NCBI GenBank assembly: GCA_032128375.1
Contig: JAQBGU010000039.1
Coordinates: 1 to 32,047, forward strand
Reading direction: 5' to 3'
From: Deltaproteobacteria bacterium
GTDB lineage: Bacteria; Myxococcota_A; UBA9160; SMWR01
Length of the DNA stretch: 32,047 bases
Below the pieces are notes generated by a model that saw nothing but the letters and a program-made list of their open reading frames with translations, did not search any database and had not been told where the DNA came from. A program made the translations under genes and the position numbers. Positions 1-8,742 of this stretch are shown piece by piece (the stretch's first letter is position 1; each line of letters opens with the position of its first letter).

Positions 1-107
1 CCCAGGGGCCCCTATCGGCTGCCCGAACCTGCGACTCCCGGAGTGGGCCCGGACCTTCTGAGAGCGCCCGCCCAAGAATCGGTGTGAAGGCCGGTATCCT
101 TGCCGTT

Positions 108-479
108 ATGGGCGACGCTGAAGACGACCGCGACTTGCTGATCGGGCGCATCTCCCGAGAAGAGACTCGCCTCGCCGAAATCGAGTTGGCTCGCATCGAG
201 TCAGAGAAACGATCGTCGGCACTCCGGAGTCAATTGACCACGTTGGGCTCGGAAGTAGCACGGCAGGGGATTTCGCACCCCTCAAGGTCGAGTGCCGAGA
301 AAGTTGAACTCTTTCACACTCTCTTCGTAGGCCGAACCGACGTAGAGTCGAAGCGACGGTCGAGTTCTGTCGATCCCATCAACCCGAGAACCGGCGGGGG
401 ACATCCATGTTCGAGAACTTCCTCAGCACCGCGTCCGGCTACCTCCCCGGCCCGCGCAGCAAACGCGTATGAAAGATAG
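108..479 (+). pseudogene. Truncated N-terminal remnant resembling TOTE conflict-system archaeo-eukaryotic primase / DEAD-box helicase fusion proteins
   Basis: Coiled-coil-like N-terminus, then SAEKVELFHTLFVGRTDV, similar to the EK(I/V)xLFRSLFRGRxDV start of that family as I recall it. The ORF then becomes low-complexity and stops after ~124 codons. Confidence 0.45.
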
Positions 480-586
480 GGCCCGTCCTCAGCATGAAGG
501 CGGCTGCAGCCATGCAATCCCAGCAGCACGTCATGAGCTGGTGATGAACTCGTGGAAATAGTTTGGGACCGGGTTAGGGGGCTGGA

Positions 587-1768
587 ATGCGCATCGCGAT
601 TCTGACGAATACGCCGACCCCCTATCGCGCTCCTATTTTCGAGCACCTGGCCGCATCGCCGGGCGTCGATGTGCGCGTCTTTTTCGATTCGGTGCCAGAG
701 CCGCAGGTCGTGGGCCGCAATCTCACCTACGCGCACGAATTTCTGACCGCAGGCTTCTCGGTCCGGAGCCGCTACTACCAGGATGAGCCTTGGTTCGCCG
801 AGCACATCGGTAGGCGATTCGCGCTTTCCTACTTGCCAAGGCTCGCCAGCTACCGCCCGGACGTGATCGTCTCGGCAGAGTTTGGATGGCGCACATTGAA
901 TGCGGCGACATACGCCCTCTTATTGGGAATTCCGTTGCTCGTGTGGTGGGAGGGGACTCGCTTCACCGAGCGACACCTGGGCCTGCTTCGCACCTGGGTT
1001 CGCCGTGGGCTCGCCCGAGTGTCTGCGGGGTTGTTGGGTTTCGGTCGGGGCAGCGTCGATTACCTCAAAGAGATCGCCAGCGAGAAGACACCCATCCATT
1101 TCGTCCCCCAGGCCGTAGCCAACGTCCAGATTGCGACCGAGACCGACCGCTGGCGCGCGCAGCGCAAACAGCTGCGCGACGAGTTCGGGGTCAGTGGCGT
1201 CTCGATACTGTGTCTGAGTCGTTTGCTGCCGCACAAGGGGATCTCCCAGTATCTCGACAGCCTGCGGCGACTCCGAGAGGTTGTGCCGGAGGGTTCGTTC
1301 ACGGCGTTGTTCGCTGGAGAGGGTCCGGAATCCGAGTACCTGGCCAAGGCCTGTGGGGAGGCCAGCGAGGAGTTCGGCGGCGCGATTCGATTTCTCGGCA
1401 AGCTATCTCCGAACGAGCTGCCGCGTGTTTTCGCAGCGAGCGACGCACTGGTATTTCCGACGCTTCGCGATTGCTGGGGGATGGTGGTCAACGAAGCCCT
1501 CGCAGCGGGAATTCCGGTAGTTGGCTCGAAATATTCCGGAGCCGCCGAAGAACTCCTGACGCGTAGCGAGCTGGGAACACTGGTCGACCCCCTGATACCG
1601 AGTTCGCTGGATGCTGCACTGCTCGCGTTGGTCCGCGATCGTCAATGGTTGAGCACGCCGATTTCGCAGCTTCGCGAAGCGCTCGATGGGTACACCTGCG
1701 AGGTTGCCGCACAGGCGATATTGCGAGCCGCGGAGGAATCCAGGAGAATGCCCGCCCGATCAGCTTGA
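587..1768 (+). CDS. Glycosyltransferase family 4 (GT-B)
   Basis: MRIAILTNTPTPYR N-terminus; C-terminal ASDALVFPTLRDCWGMVVNEALAAGIPVVGS variant of the GT4 EX7E motif. Confidence 0.92.
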   Translation: MRIAILTNTPTPYRAPIFEHLAASPGVDVRVFFDSVPEPQVVGRNLTYAHEFLTAGFSVRSRYYQDEPWFAEHIGRRFALSYLPRLASYRPDVIVSAEFGWRTLNAATYALLLGIPLLVWWEGTRFTERHLGLLRTWVRRGLARVSAGLLGFGRGSVDYLKEIASEKTPIHFVPQAVANVQIATETDRWRAQRKQLRDEFGVSGVSILCLSRLLPHKGISQYLDSLRRLREVVPEGSFTALFAGEGPESEYLAKACGEASEEFGGAIRFLGKLSPNELPRVFAASDALVFPTLRDCWGMVVNEALAAGIPVVGSKYSGAAEELLTRSELGTLVDPLIPSSLDAALLALVRDRQWLSTPISQLREALDGYTCEVAAQAILRAAEESRRMPARSA

Positions 1769-2605
1769 AGTAAATCCGACCAGGTGACGGTGACCCTCCA
1801 AGGCCGCACGCAGGCGAGAAGCGCCGTGTCTTGCGCGAGTCGCCATCTGATTCAGGGCGCCCGCGGGCATTGGATACATCGCTGGCACGAATTCGAAATC
1901 GATCGCCTGCAGGCGTGCTCTTCGACAGGCGTTCTGCAGTGATCGTTCGGTGAAAAAGTGGATGTGCTCCACGGGGTCGTATGCGCGCGTGTTCCGGTTG
2001 CCCGAGCGCAGCTGGCCACACGGGGTGGTGACGAAAATTCGTCCCCCAGGTTTCAATTTCTGGCGCAGCGCGGTCAGGACGGCAACCGGTTCGGGGACGT
2101 GTTCGATCACTTCGATCATCAACACGGCGTCGAACCGCTCAGTTACCTCCTCGACACTGCAAGCGACGCGCAGCCCCACGCTCGCGAGGTAGTCGCGGCT
2201 CGGCGCGCTGGCTTCGATGCACTGAATCTCCAAATCCGGACGCCGCGTGACGAGGCTCTGCACGACATGCCCGACAGAGCTGCCGAAGTCCAGCACCTTC
2301 GCGCCGGTGGGTAGGAAACCCCGCTGCTCCCAGTACTCGATCAGGGCTGCGTTTCGCTCGGAGAATTCTGTCTTCAGCGAATCCGCTGAATTCGCGACCT
2401 GTGCCTGGGAAGACTCCTCGAGTTCGACACCCTGACGCGCCTGTGGATTGGCCACGAACAGATGTCTGCACCCGGCTTCCGCGCATTGATTGATCGCGTG
2501 GCCTCGCCACGAGGTGAACGCGTCCACGGCTTCACAATCGCAGATCGGGCAGCGCACTTCGCACTCAGCGCGAATCGGATTCTCTGCGATCGAATTGTTC
2601 GTCAT
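1760..2605 (-). CDS. Class I SAM-dependent methyltransferase with Cys-rich (putative Zn-binding) N-terminus
   Basis: VLDFGSSVG motif I; FDAVLMIEVIEHV; LKPGGRIFVTTP; N-terminal CPIC...CAEAGC. Converges on the GT4 gene with a 9-bp overlap. Confidence 0.85.
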   Translation of the reverse strand: MTNNSIAENPIRAECEVRCPICDCEAVDAFTSWRGHAINQCAEAGCRHLFVANPQARQGVELEESSQAQVANSADSLKTEFSERNAALIEYWEQRGFLPTGAKVLDFGSSVGHVVQSLVTRRPDLEIQCIEASAPSRDYLASVGLRVACSVEEVTERFDAVLMIEVIEHVPEPVAVLTALRQKLKPGGRIFVTTPCGQLRSGNRNTRAYDPVEHIHFFTERSLQNACRRARLQAIDFEFVPAMYPMPAGALNQMATRARHGASRLRAALEGHRHLVGFTSS

Positions 2606-2611
2606 TGCGCT

Positions 2612-4030
2612 TCAGAACGCGCCGCGTCGCGACAGAACCACTCCGACGGTTCGGATCAGAATCGACAGGTCATGCGCGAGCGAGCGATTGCGGATGTAAT
2701 AGAAGTCGTACTGAAGGTTCTGGTGCATCGGAAGGTCCTTGCGACCCAGGATCTGCCAGAGCCCGGTCAAGCCGGGCTTCACCGAAAGGCGTCGTTTTTG
2801 CCATTCATCGTAATCCTCGACGATGAATGGCATCTCGGGTCGCGGCCCCACCAACGACATGTCGCCCTTCAGCACATCGAGTAGCTGTGGAAGTTCATCG
2901 ATGCTGGTCGAGCGCAGCCAGCGGCCGAATTCGGTGATGCGTACATCGGCACTCTCGCGCGGCGCGACCCGGTACGGATCGGCGTCGCTGTACATGGTTC
3001 GAAACTTGTGGATGCAAAATTGCGCTCCGTCGCGACCGACCCGCTGTTGGCGAAACACAGCGGGGCCCGGACTCTCGCGCCGGATTCGCATCGCACACCA
3101 CCACATCAGCGGAGCCAGGAGTACCAGCCCGGTCACCGCCCCGACGATATCGATCAGCCGTTTGGCTGGTTCATACAGCGGGTGCACCCGCTGACGGCCC
3201 AAGCGGACCAGCGGCAGATCGTCCACGAGATCGATCGGCGTGCTCGCCGTCAGAACTTCGAACAGGTTCGTCACAACACGAAATGTCAAACCCAGTTCCT
3301 CGCAATCGAGCACCATCGACAGCATGCGCGTGTGACCCATGGAGGGCATCGCGACGAAGACTTCTTGGACTCGGTGTAATGCCGCGATTTCCCGAATGTC
3401 ATCCACATGTCCGAGCACCGGTCGATTCGCGACGTCCTTGCGCTCGTCGCTGCGCGAGTCGTCGACGAAACCGACGACGTGGTAGCCGATTTCCGGATTG
3501 TCCTGGAGTTTTTGCAACAATCGAATCGCCGCGACGCCGGTACCGGCGATCAATACCGGAACATCGTGCTCACCCGAACGCCGCATTCGCCCCTCGATGC
3601 GATGGAATGCGACGCGACTGATCCCCTGCAGGACCAGGTTGAGTCCGGCACATGCGATCACCACGAATCGGCCGAATTGCAGCTCGCGAAAGAAGAAGCT
3701 GATCGACGCCACCACCAGCAACCCGAGTGCCGCACCGCGAAGCAGAGTCTGGAATTCGTCGACCAACGTCGTCATTCGGCCGCTTTGGTAGATGCCGAAG
3801 ATCCAACACGACGCGATCCACGGCAATACGATCATCGGGATCGATTCCAGATAGACCGAGGCGGGGTTGATTTCCTTGCCCAACGGAGCGTTGAGGAGTT
3901 CCCGAAGCGCATAGGCACCCAGCCAACCGAATGTGACGAGAACGGCATCGGTGACGATGTGCAGGCGTCGGATCGCGATCAGGTCAGCAAGAAACATCGT
4001 CGGCCGTTGTACGTGCGGCGATCCCGGCAT
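2612..4030 (-). CDS. Polyprenyl-phosphate glycosylphosphotransferase (WcaJ/WbaP-type priming sugar transferase)
   Basis: Four N-terminal TM segments, Rossmann-like middle domain (VLIAGTG, VVGFVDD), catalytic domain KRLID...KFRTM...DELPQL...GDMSLVGPRPE...KPGLTGLWQ. Confidence 0.93.
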   Translation of the reverse strand: MPGSPHVQRPTMFLADLIAIRRLHIVTDAVLVTFGWLGAYALRELLNAPLGKEINPASVYLESIPMIVLPWIASCWIFGIYQSGRMTTLVDEFQTLLRGAALGLLVVASISFFFRELQFGRFVVIACAGLNLVLQGISRVAFHRIEGRMRRSGEHDVPVLIAGTGVAAIRLLQKLQDNPEIGYHVVGFVDDSRSDERKDVANRPVLGHVDDIREIAALHRVQEVFVAMPSMGHTRMLSMVLDCEELGLTFRVVTNLFEVLTASTPIDLVDDLPLVRLGRQRVHPLYEPAKRLIDIVGAVTGLVLLAPLMWWCAMRIRRESPGPAVFRQQRVGRDGAQFCIHKFRTMYSDADPYRVAPRESADVRITEFGRWLRSTSIDELPQLLDVLKGDMSLVGPRPEMPFIVEDYDEWQKRRLSVKPGLTGLWQILGRKDLPMHQNLQYDFYYIRNRSLAHDLSILIRTVGVVLSRRGAF

Positions 4031-4109
4031 GAATCCGCCGGCAGTTCTTTCGATTCCACGCTCCTGGGCTCGTGCGCGGAACCCACGCGAGATCGTCGCT
4101 CATGAGCTT

Positions 4110-4985
4110 TCAACTTCCGATTCTGCCTGCGTGGTCGGCTTGGTCTGTTTGTGCTTGCTGCCTTGTAACGAGCTCTCGACCCAGCAGGAAGAGAAAGCGC
4201 GGATTGTGATAGAGGTAGCGGCGCCACAGCCTTCGCGGTTCAGTAGCGAGCCGAAACAGCCATTCGAATCCCGAACGCTGGATCCATCGAGCCGCCTGAG
4301 GCTTCGCGCCGGCCAGGAAATCGAATGCCGCGCCGACACCCACCATCACACACGATAGGGACCGCGTGTGTTGTGCGATCCAACGCTCCTGTTTTGGACA
4401 CCCCAACCCGACGAACAGAATCTGCGTTCCCGACGCCCGAATCTCTTCGATCACCCGCATATCTTCTTCCGAGGTCAGCGGCCGAAAGGGTGGTGTGTGG
4501 CGAAACGCGATGGCGAGCTGTGGAATTCGCTCGGTCAGTCGCCGCGTCATCTCATCGAGCACTTCAGGCGACCCGCCGTAGAAGCCCACAGAAAGCCCGC
4601 GCTGCGCTGCGAGTTCGCACACGTACGGGAGAAGCGTCGGCCCGTAGACACGCTGTGCGGGAACCCCGAGCAAACGCAACGCCCAGACCAGTGGAACACC
4701 ATCAGGCGTTACCCGATCCGCTGCGTTCACGATCGAGCGGAATTCCGGGTCATCGAAGGCCTCCATCACCATGTGGACGTTGGCTACGCACACCGTTGCC
4801 GCGACACCATCGGCTGCGAGAAGAGCAATCGTCTCCGCGGTCTCGCGGTAACTCGTCGCATCGATCCGCATGCCGAGAATCTCGCGAGACATGCCGCCTG
4901 ACACGCCGGCGAGGGGCGGGTGAGATTTCGCGACCAGCGCAGGGCGGTCGCACAGTCGATCCATCGCGGGTTGTACGCTGCTCAT
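4110..4985 (-). CDS. WecB/TagA/CpsF family glycosyltransferase (GT26); alternative start at 4892
   Basis: ANVH, TPDGVPLVW, RVYGPTL, FVGLGCPKQERW, GVGAAFDF, EWLFRLATEPRRLWRRY motifs. Confidence 0.93.
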   Translation of the reverse strand: MSSVQPAMDRLCDRPALVAKSHPPLAGVSGGMSREILGMRIDATSYRETAETIALLAADGVAATVCVANVHMVMEAFDDPEFRSIVNAADRVTPDGVPLVWALRLLGVPAQRVYGPTLLPYVCELAAQRGLSVGFYGGSPEVLDEMTRRLTERIPQLAIAFRHTPPFRPLTSEEDMRVIEEIRASGTQILFVGLGCPKQERWIAQHTRSLSCVMVGVGAAFDFLAGAKPQAARWIQRSGFEWLFRLATEPRRLWRRYLYHNPRFLFLLGRELVTRQQAQTDQADHAGRIGS

Positions 4986-5130
4986 TGTCGGGTCTCATCG
5001 GCACGAGGGGCGACCCGATTGAGGCACGGGTGGCAAAGCCCTCACTACTGACTTGCGCCGGGGACGCTCTCAAGGCTCGGGAGTTCCCCTCCGATGGTGC
5101 CTGTGGATTGCCGGAGGATGAGCTGGAACG

Positions 5131-6267
5131 ATGAGACGCACGTTGGGACTCGCATGCGTTTGTGTCTCGCTGCTAGCGGGCGAATGCACCCAGTCCGAAT
5201 CGCCGGTTGCGCGATTGCCTGAAGGCACGACGTTGCTGACGAAAACGGCTGCGCTGAAGCGTTCACTCGAACGGATCATGGAGATCGAGCAGACGCCGCT
5301 GGCACGCTGGGCGCGGGGCGTACACCAATCGCTGCCGGCTTGCCCGCTGATTACAGGGCACGCGCCCAGTGGTCGTCTGGTCGACCTTTGGCCCACGCTC
5401 GCCTGCAACAGCGCCGCGACCGGGCTCGAGGTCTCGCTAGGCAAACACGATATGGCGTTCGCATCGGTACGGGATGCTGCCAGCGAGAATATCGTGGGCC
5501 TGGTGGATGTGGCAGCCGACGGCGACATCTCACTCGACCTCTCGATCCCGCAGTCGTTTTCCGATGGGGGATTCGGACTGTTGCTTCCGGGGTCGAAACC
5601 ACCGGGTACATCTCTTCTCAGCGGCCGCGATACGCTGCTGCATACGCGAATCCGCCCATCTGCGGGGCTGAACCTGGCTTCGCTGATTGCCGCCGACAGC
5701 CAGGGCGCCCAGATGTTCCGACTCGACACGGAGCTATTCGCCGGAGTCGTACTCGAGGGCTCATGGGAGTTGGCGATCTACATGCCCGATGAGGGCAGCC
5801 GAATGCCACGCATGGCGATCGCGTTGGGCTTTGAATTTCGCAGCGCCGCGATCGCCGCGATGGATTCATTCATCGAAAAACTGGAACAAACCTGGCCCGT
5901 TGTCCGCAGTCCGTTTCGCGTAGGCGAAGCCGAGGGTGCATGCCTGCTCGGATTGAGACTCTTGCCGGAATTGGCCCCATGCTATGTCGCATCCGATGTT
6001 GCACTCGTCATCGGTTGGAACCCGACGAGTCTGCGAAAATCGCTTGGAGACCCGACGGACTCGTTCGCGGAGCTGGGCGACCTCGGGGGAGTAACGATCG
6101 ATCTGGCTCGGTTCGTACAAGCGGACGAGATCCTATCACGCGCGCTCGCGGCCCCGACCGGGAGCTTTTCGGGCGGTTTCCCGTGGCGCCGGTTGGTGGC
6201 TACCGGACGTCCCAACGACAGCGGCTTCCAGTTGTTCGTGCGGCTTCAGACGGGTCCGCAGTCTTGA
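5131..6267 (+). CDS. Hypothetical exported / possible lipoprotein
   Basis: 378-aa ORF with signal-peptide-like N-terminus (MRRTLGLACVCVSLLAGEC); its stop overlaps the TTG of the next ORF (TTGA). Confidence 0.7.
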   Translation: MRRTLGLACVCVSLLAGECTQSESPVARLPEGTTLLTKTAALKRSLERIMEIEQTPLARWARGVHQSLPACPLITGHAPSGRLVDLWPTLACNSAATGLEVSLGKHDMAFASVRDAASENIVGLVDVAADGDISLDLSIPQSFSDGGFGLLLPGSKPPGTSLLSGRDTLLHTRIRPSAGLNLASLIAADSQGAQMFRLDTELFAGVVLEGSWELAIYMPDEGSRMPRMAIALGFEFRSAAIAAMDSFIEKLEQTWPVVRSPFRVGEAEGACLLGLRLLPELAPCYVASDVALVIGWNPTSLRKSLGDPTDSFAELGDLGGVTIDLARFVQADEILSRALAAPTGSFSGGFPWRRLVATGRPNDSGFQLFVRLQTGPQS

Positions 6268-8600
6268 CCGACGCCTTTCCGAAAAGAATGCTGCCGCAAA
6301 TATCGAAGCGAATGCCGCCGCGCACTGTGGGGCTGCTGGTGGCCTTGGCAATCGCGATCAGTGTGGGTGTTATCTCGACGCGTCGAACCGGGGAACTCGG
6401 TGCCGCGATGGAAGCGTGCGGCGCGGTGGAAACCGGAGATTGGTCTAGCGTGCTCAGCCTCACGGAAGATCTCACGCTGCACACTTCGGCGAGAAGAAGC
6501 GTATCCGAGTGTCGCTGCATGGCGTTGATCGCGACCGGACAAATCGCAGAGTGCGAAGGGCTGATGGAGGAGTTACTCAGCGATCCGGGGGCGCCGAACT
6601 GGGTCCCGAGCCCCATGTTGTCTGTCCACATGATCCAGACGCGCCGGTCCCACGGGCAGGCTGAACGGGCCGCCGCGCTCGCGAAACGCAGTACCCAGCA
6701 GTATCCAGAAGACGGCGACCTTTTCTATCTCGAACTGACAACCCGCGTCGCAGTCGAGAATGAAGAGCAGGTGCTGCAGGAGCTCACCGCTCGGATCGAT
6801 CCGGCCGGACCTCATGCGACCCGAATGCGCGTGAGCCTTGCGACGCGATACCTGATTCGTGGGCAACCCGAGCAGGCCCTGGCGGTTCTCGGCGCCGGCC
6901 CGCCGGGAGGCAGCCGCGACGAGGTCGAACGCTGGTACGACACAATGGGAATCACACTCGCGAGCGCTCGGGATCTGCCCGGTGTGCGACGCACCTATGC
7001 GGCCTGGCGCGCGGCCGGCGGCAACGCGGTTGAACTCCAAGCACGCTACGCGTTGACGTTGAGCATCTCGAATTTGATCGATCCAGATGATTCCTCGATC
7101 GAGCTGCTGACGCGGGCAGCGAACGCTGCCGATGGTGTCGCGCCCGACGAGTTGCTGGAAGCCGTGGTGACGCGACTGGTCTTGACCCTGGTCCAATCCG
7201 GTGAGCAGAACGAAGCGTTGGCTGTCTACGACCGCTATCGGGGCCGACTCGAGATGTCGGGTCTGGTTCGAGAAGAACTCGAACGCTCGCAAGTACAAAA
7301 GGAGCTGGCATCGGGACAGCTTGCTCCTCAGCCCGGCATCGTGCGTTTGACAATTGCCGACCCGGCTCCAGGCGCTGAGCTGATGCTGTCTCCCGAGCAC
7401 GGGATCCCGGTCGATTCTGACTATCAACGCGTTGCCGTCCCTGCGAATGGTTCTCTCGAGATAACGCGCAAAGTCGGCGGCGCTCCGCTGCGTTGGGTGT
7501 ATCGAGATGCTCAGCAGCAGGTGCTGGCTTCGGGCACTGCGGTTCCAAAGATCGGTCTGCCGATTGCGATTTCGATCGAGCCCCGCGACCCGCAGCCAGC
7601 GGCGCGAATCGTGCTGACGCGTCAACCCGCCGACGGACAACGCAAGCTTCTGGTCTTGATCGTGGATTGCGGGGACTGGCGCTTGATTCAATACCTGCGA
7701 GCTCGGGGCGAGCTCCCAACGCTCGACCAGCTGGTGCGGACCGGTTTCCACGCCGTACTCGACAGCGACCCACCGATGACCGCGGCCGCGCTCGAAGCGC
7801 TCGTCCGACCAGAGCACGCGGCGGCGACCTCGTTTGTCGGCCTCGTCCACCAACTCGGCGTCGAACTCGCCGGACTCGCATCGATCGGAGAAAACCCGTT
7901 CGATGCACTCTCGTGGGTTCTTCCCGAGCAGACCGACTTGTTCGACGCGATTGGTGCGGGCGAACACGTCGCGGCCAACTTGCTGTTTTCCCACGGCGGG
8001 ATCGACGCGGGGCGCCATAGCGAGTTGACCGGCCCAAACGGAACGCGTCGACGTCTACCGATCGAAACCAGTGGGCGCGATCTCTTACCCGACGAGCGAG
8101 CCCGCTGGCCGGGGCTCGATGCGGCAAAGGCAGAACGCGATGCGGTCCATCTGAGATCCATCGCAGCCGAATTCGACAACGCGGAGAAGATCATTGCAGC
8201 GGGCGACGTCGACTTCCTGGCGCTTCGTATCGAAGGTTTCGACGTCCTGACGCACGCGTTCTTTGCGCACACCACCGCGACAAGACAAGATGATGGGGAC
8301 GGCTTCCTATACGAACTCTACCGATACGTTGACGCGCGAGTCGCCGATACCCACAACCTGCTCGACGAAGACGATGTCCTGATCGTGATGTCAGACCACG
8401 GCATTCGAACATCGATGGAGCACTCTCGTCACGCGTTCTTCGTAGCCACCGGGGCGGGAGTCCCGACGGGCCGGGCGCCGGGTAGCCCAGCACTGCGCGG
8501 TGTATCGGTGGTACTCGCTGACCTGATGGGAATCGAGACGCATTGGCCGCGGACTGGCGTCGCACCCTGGACATCGGCGACGACCCGAGTACCCGACTGA
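6264..8600 (+). CDS. Membrane-anchored helical-repeat (TPR-like) protein with C-terminal alkaline phosphatase / nucleotide pyrophosphatase superfamily domain; alternative starts at 6288 and 6312
   Basis: TM anchor VGLLVALAIAISVGVI; Ala/Leu-rich helical region; C-terminal motifs LIVDCGDW, DSDPPMT, GFDVLTH, VMSDHG, MEH match AP-superfamily metal ligands. Confidence 0.8.
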   Translation: MTDAFPKRMLPQISKRMPPRTVGLLVALAIAISVGVISTRRTGELGAAMEACGAVETGDWSSVLSLTEDLTLHTSARRSVSECRCMALIATGQIAECEGLMEELLSDPGAPNWVPSPMLSVHMIQTRRSHGQAERAAALAKRSTQQYPEDGDLFYLELTTRVAVENEEQVLQELTARIDPAGPHATRMRVSLATRYLIRGQPEQALAVLGAGPPGGSRDEVERWYDTMGITLASARDLPGVRRTYAAWRAAGGNAVELQARYALTLSISNLIDPDDSSIELLTRAANAADGVAPDELLEAVVTRLVLTLVQSGEQNEALAVYDRYRGRLEMSGLVREELERSQVQKELASGQLAPQPGIVRLTIADPAPGAELMLSPEHGIPVDSDYQRVAVPANGSLEITRKVGGAPLRWVYRDAQQQVLASGTAVPKIGLPIAISIEPRDPQPAARIVLTRQPADGQRKLLVLIVDCGDWRLIQYLRARGELPTLDQLVRTGFHAVLDSDPPMTAAALEALVRPEHAAATSFVGLVHQLGVELAGLASIGENPFDALSWVLPEQTDLFDAIGAGEHVAANLLFSHGGIDAGRHSELTGPNGTRRRLPIETSGRDLLPDERARWPGLDAAKAERDAVHLRSIAAEFDNAEKIIAAGDVDFLALRIEGFDVLTHAFFAHTTATRQDDGDGFLYELYRYVDARVADTHNLLDEDDVLIVMSDHGIRTSMEHSRHAFFVATGAGVPTGRAPGSPALRGVSVVLADLMGIETHWPRTGVAPWTSATTRVPD

Positions 8601-8602
8601 TT

Positions 8603-8668
8603 CCACGACCGGCCCGACCGTGCATGAACGGCACCACCCGCTCGCCGGCTTGCATGCCCCCGTCGTGG
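8603..8668. other. Imperfect intergenic stem-loop
   Basis: CCACGAC(8603)...GTCGTGG(8668) enclosing GCATG..CGGC / GCCG..CATGC arms just after the stop at 8600; no U-tract. Confidence 0.3.
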
Positions 8669-8742
8669 CCGCTTGGGCACCAGAAACGTGAGAGCCTCGA
8701 CCCGATCTCAGCGCTTCCGGTCGCTTCGAGTACCATGCCAGC

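Noticed and set aside
70..89. GCCCAAG-AATCG-GTGTGAAG as an attC left arm
   Set aside because: The invariant AAC is broken and no matching right arm was found.
573..586. GTTAGGG before the GT4 start as a cassette core site
   Set aside because: More simply the purine-rich RBS; no upstream inverse core or stem.
5940..6263. N-terminal extension of the 886-aa ORF
   Set aside because: Overlaps the upstream CDS by over 300 bp; the TTGA-coupled start and the TM anchor lie after 6264.
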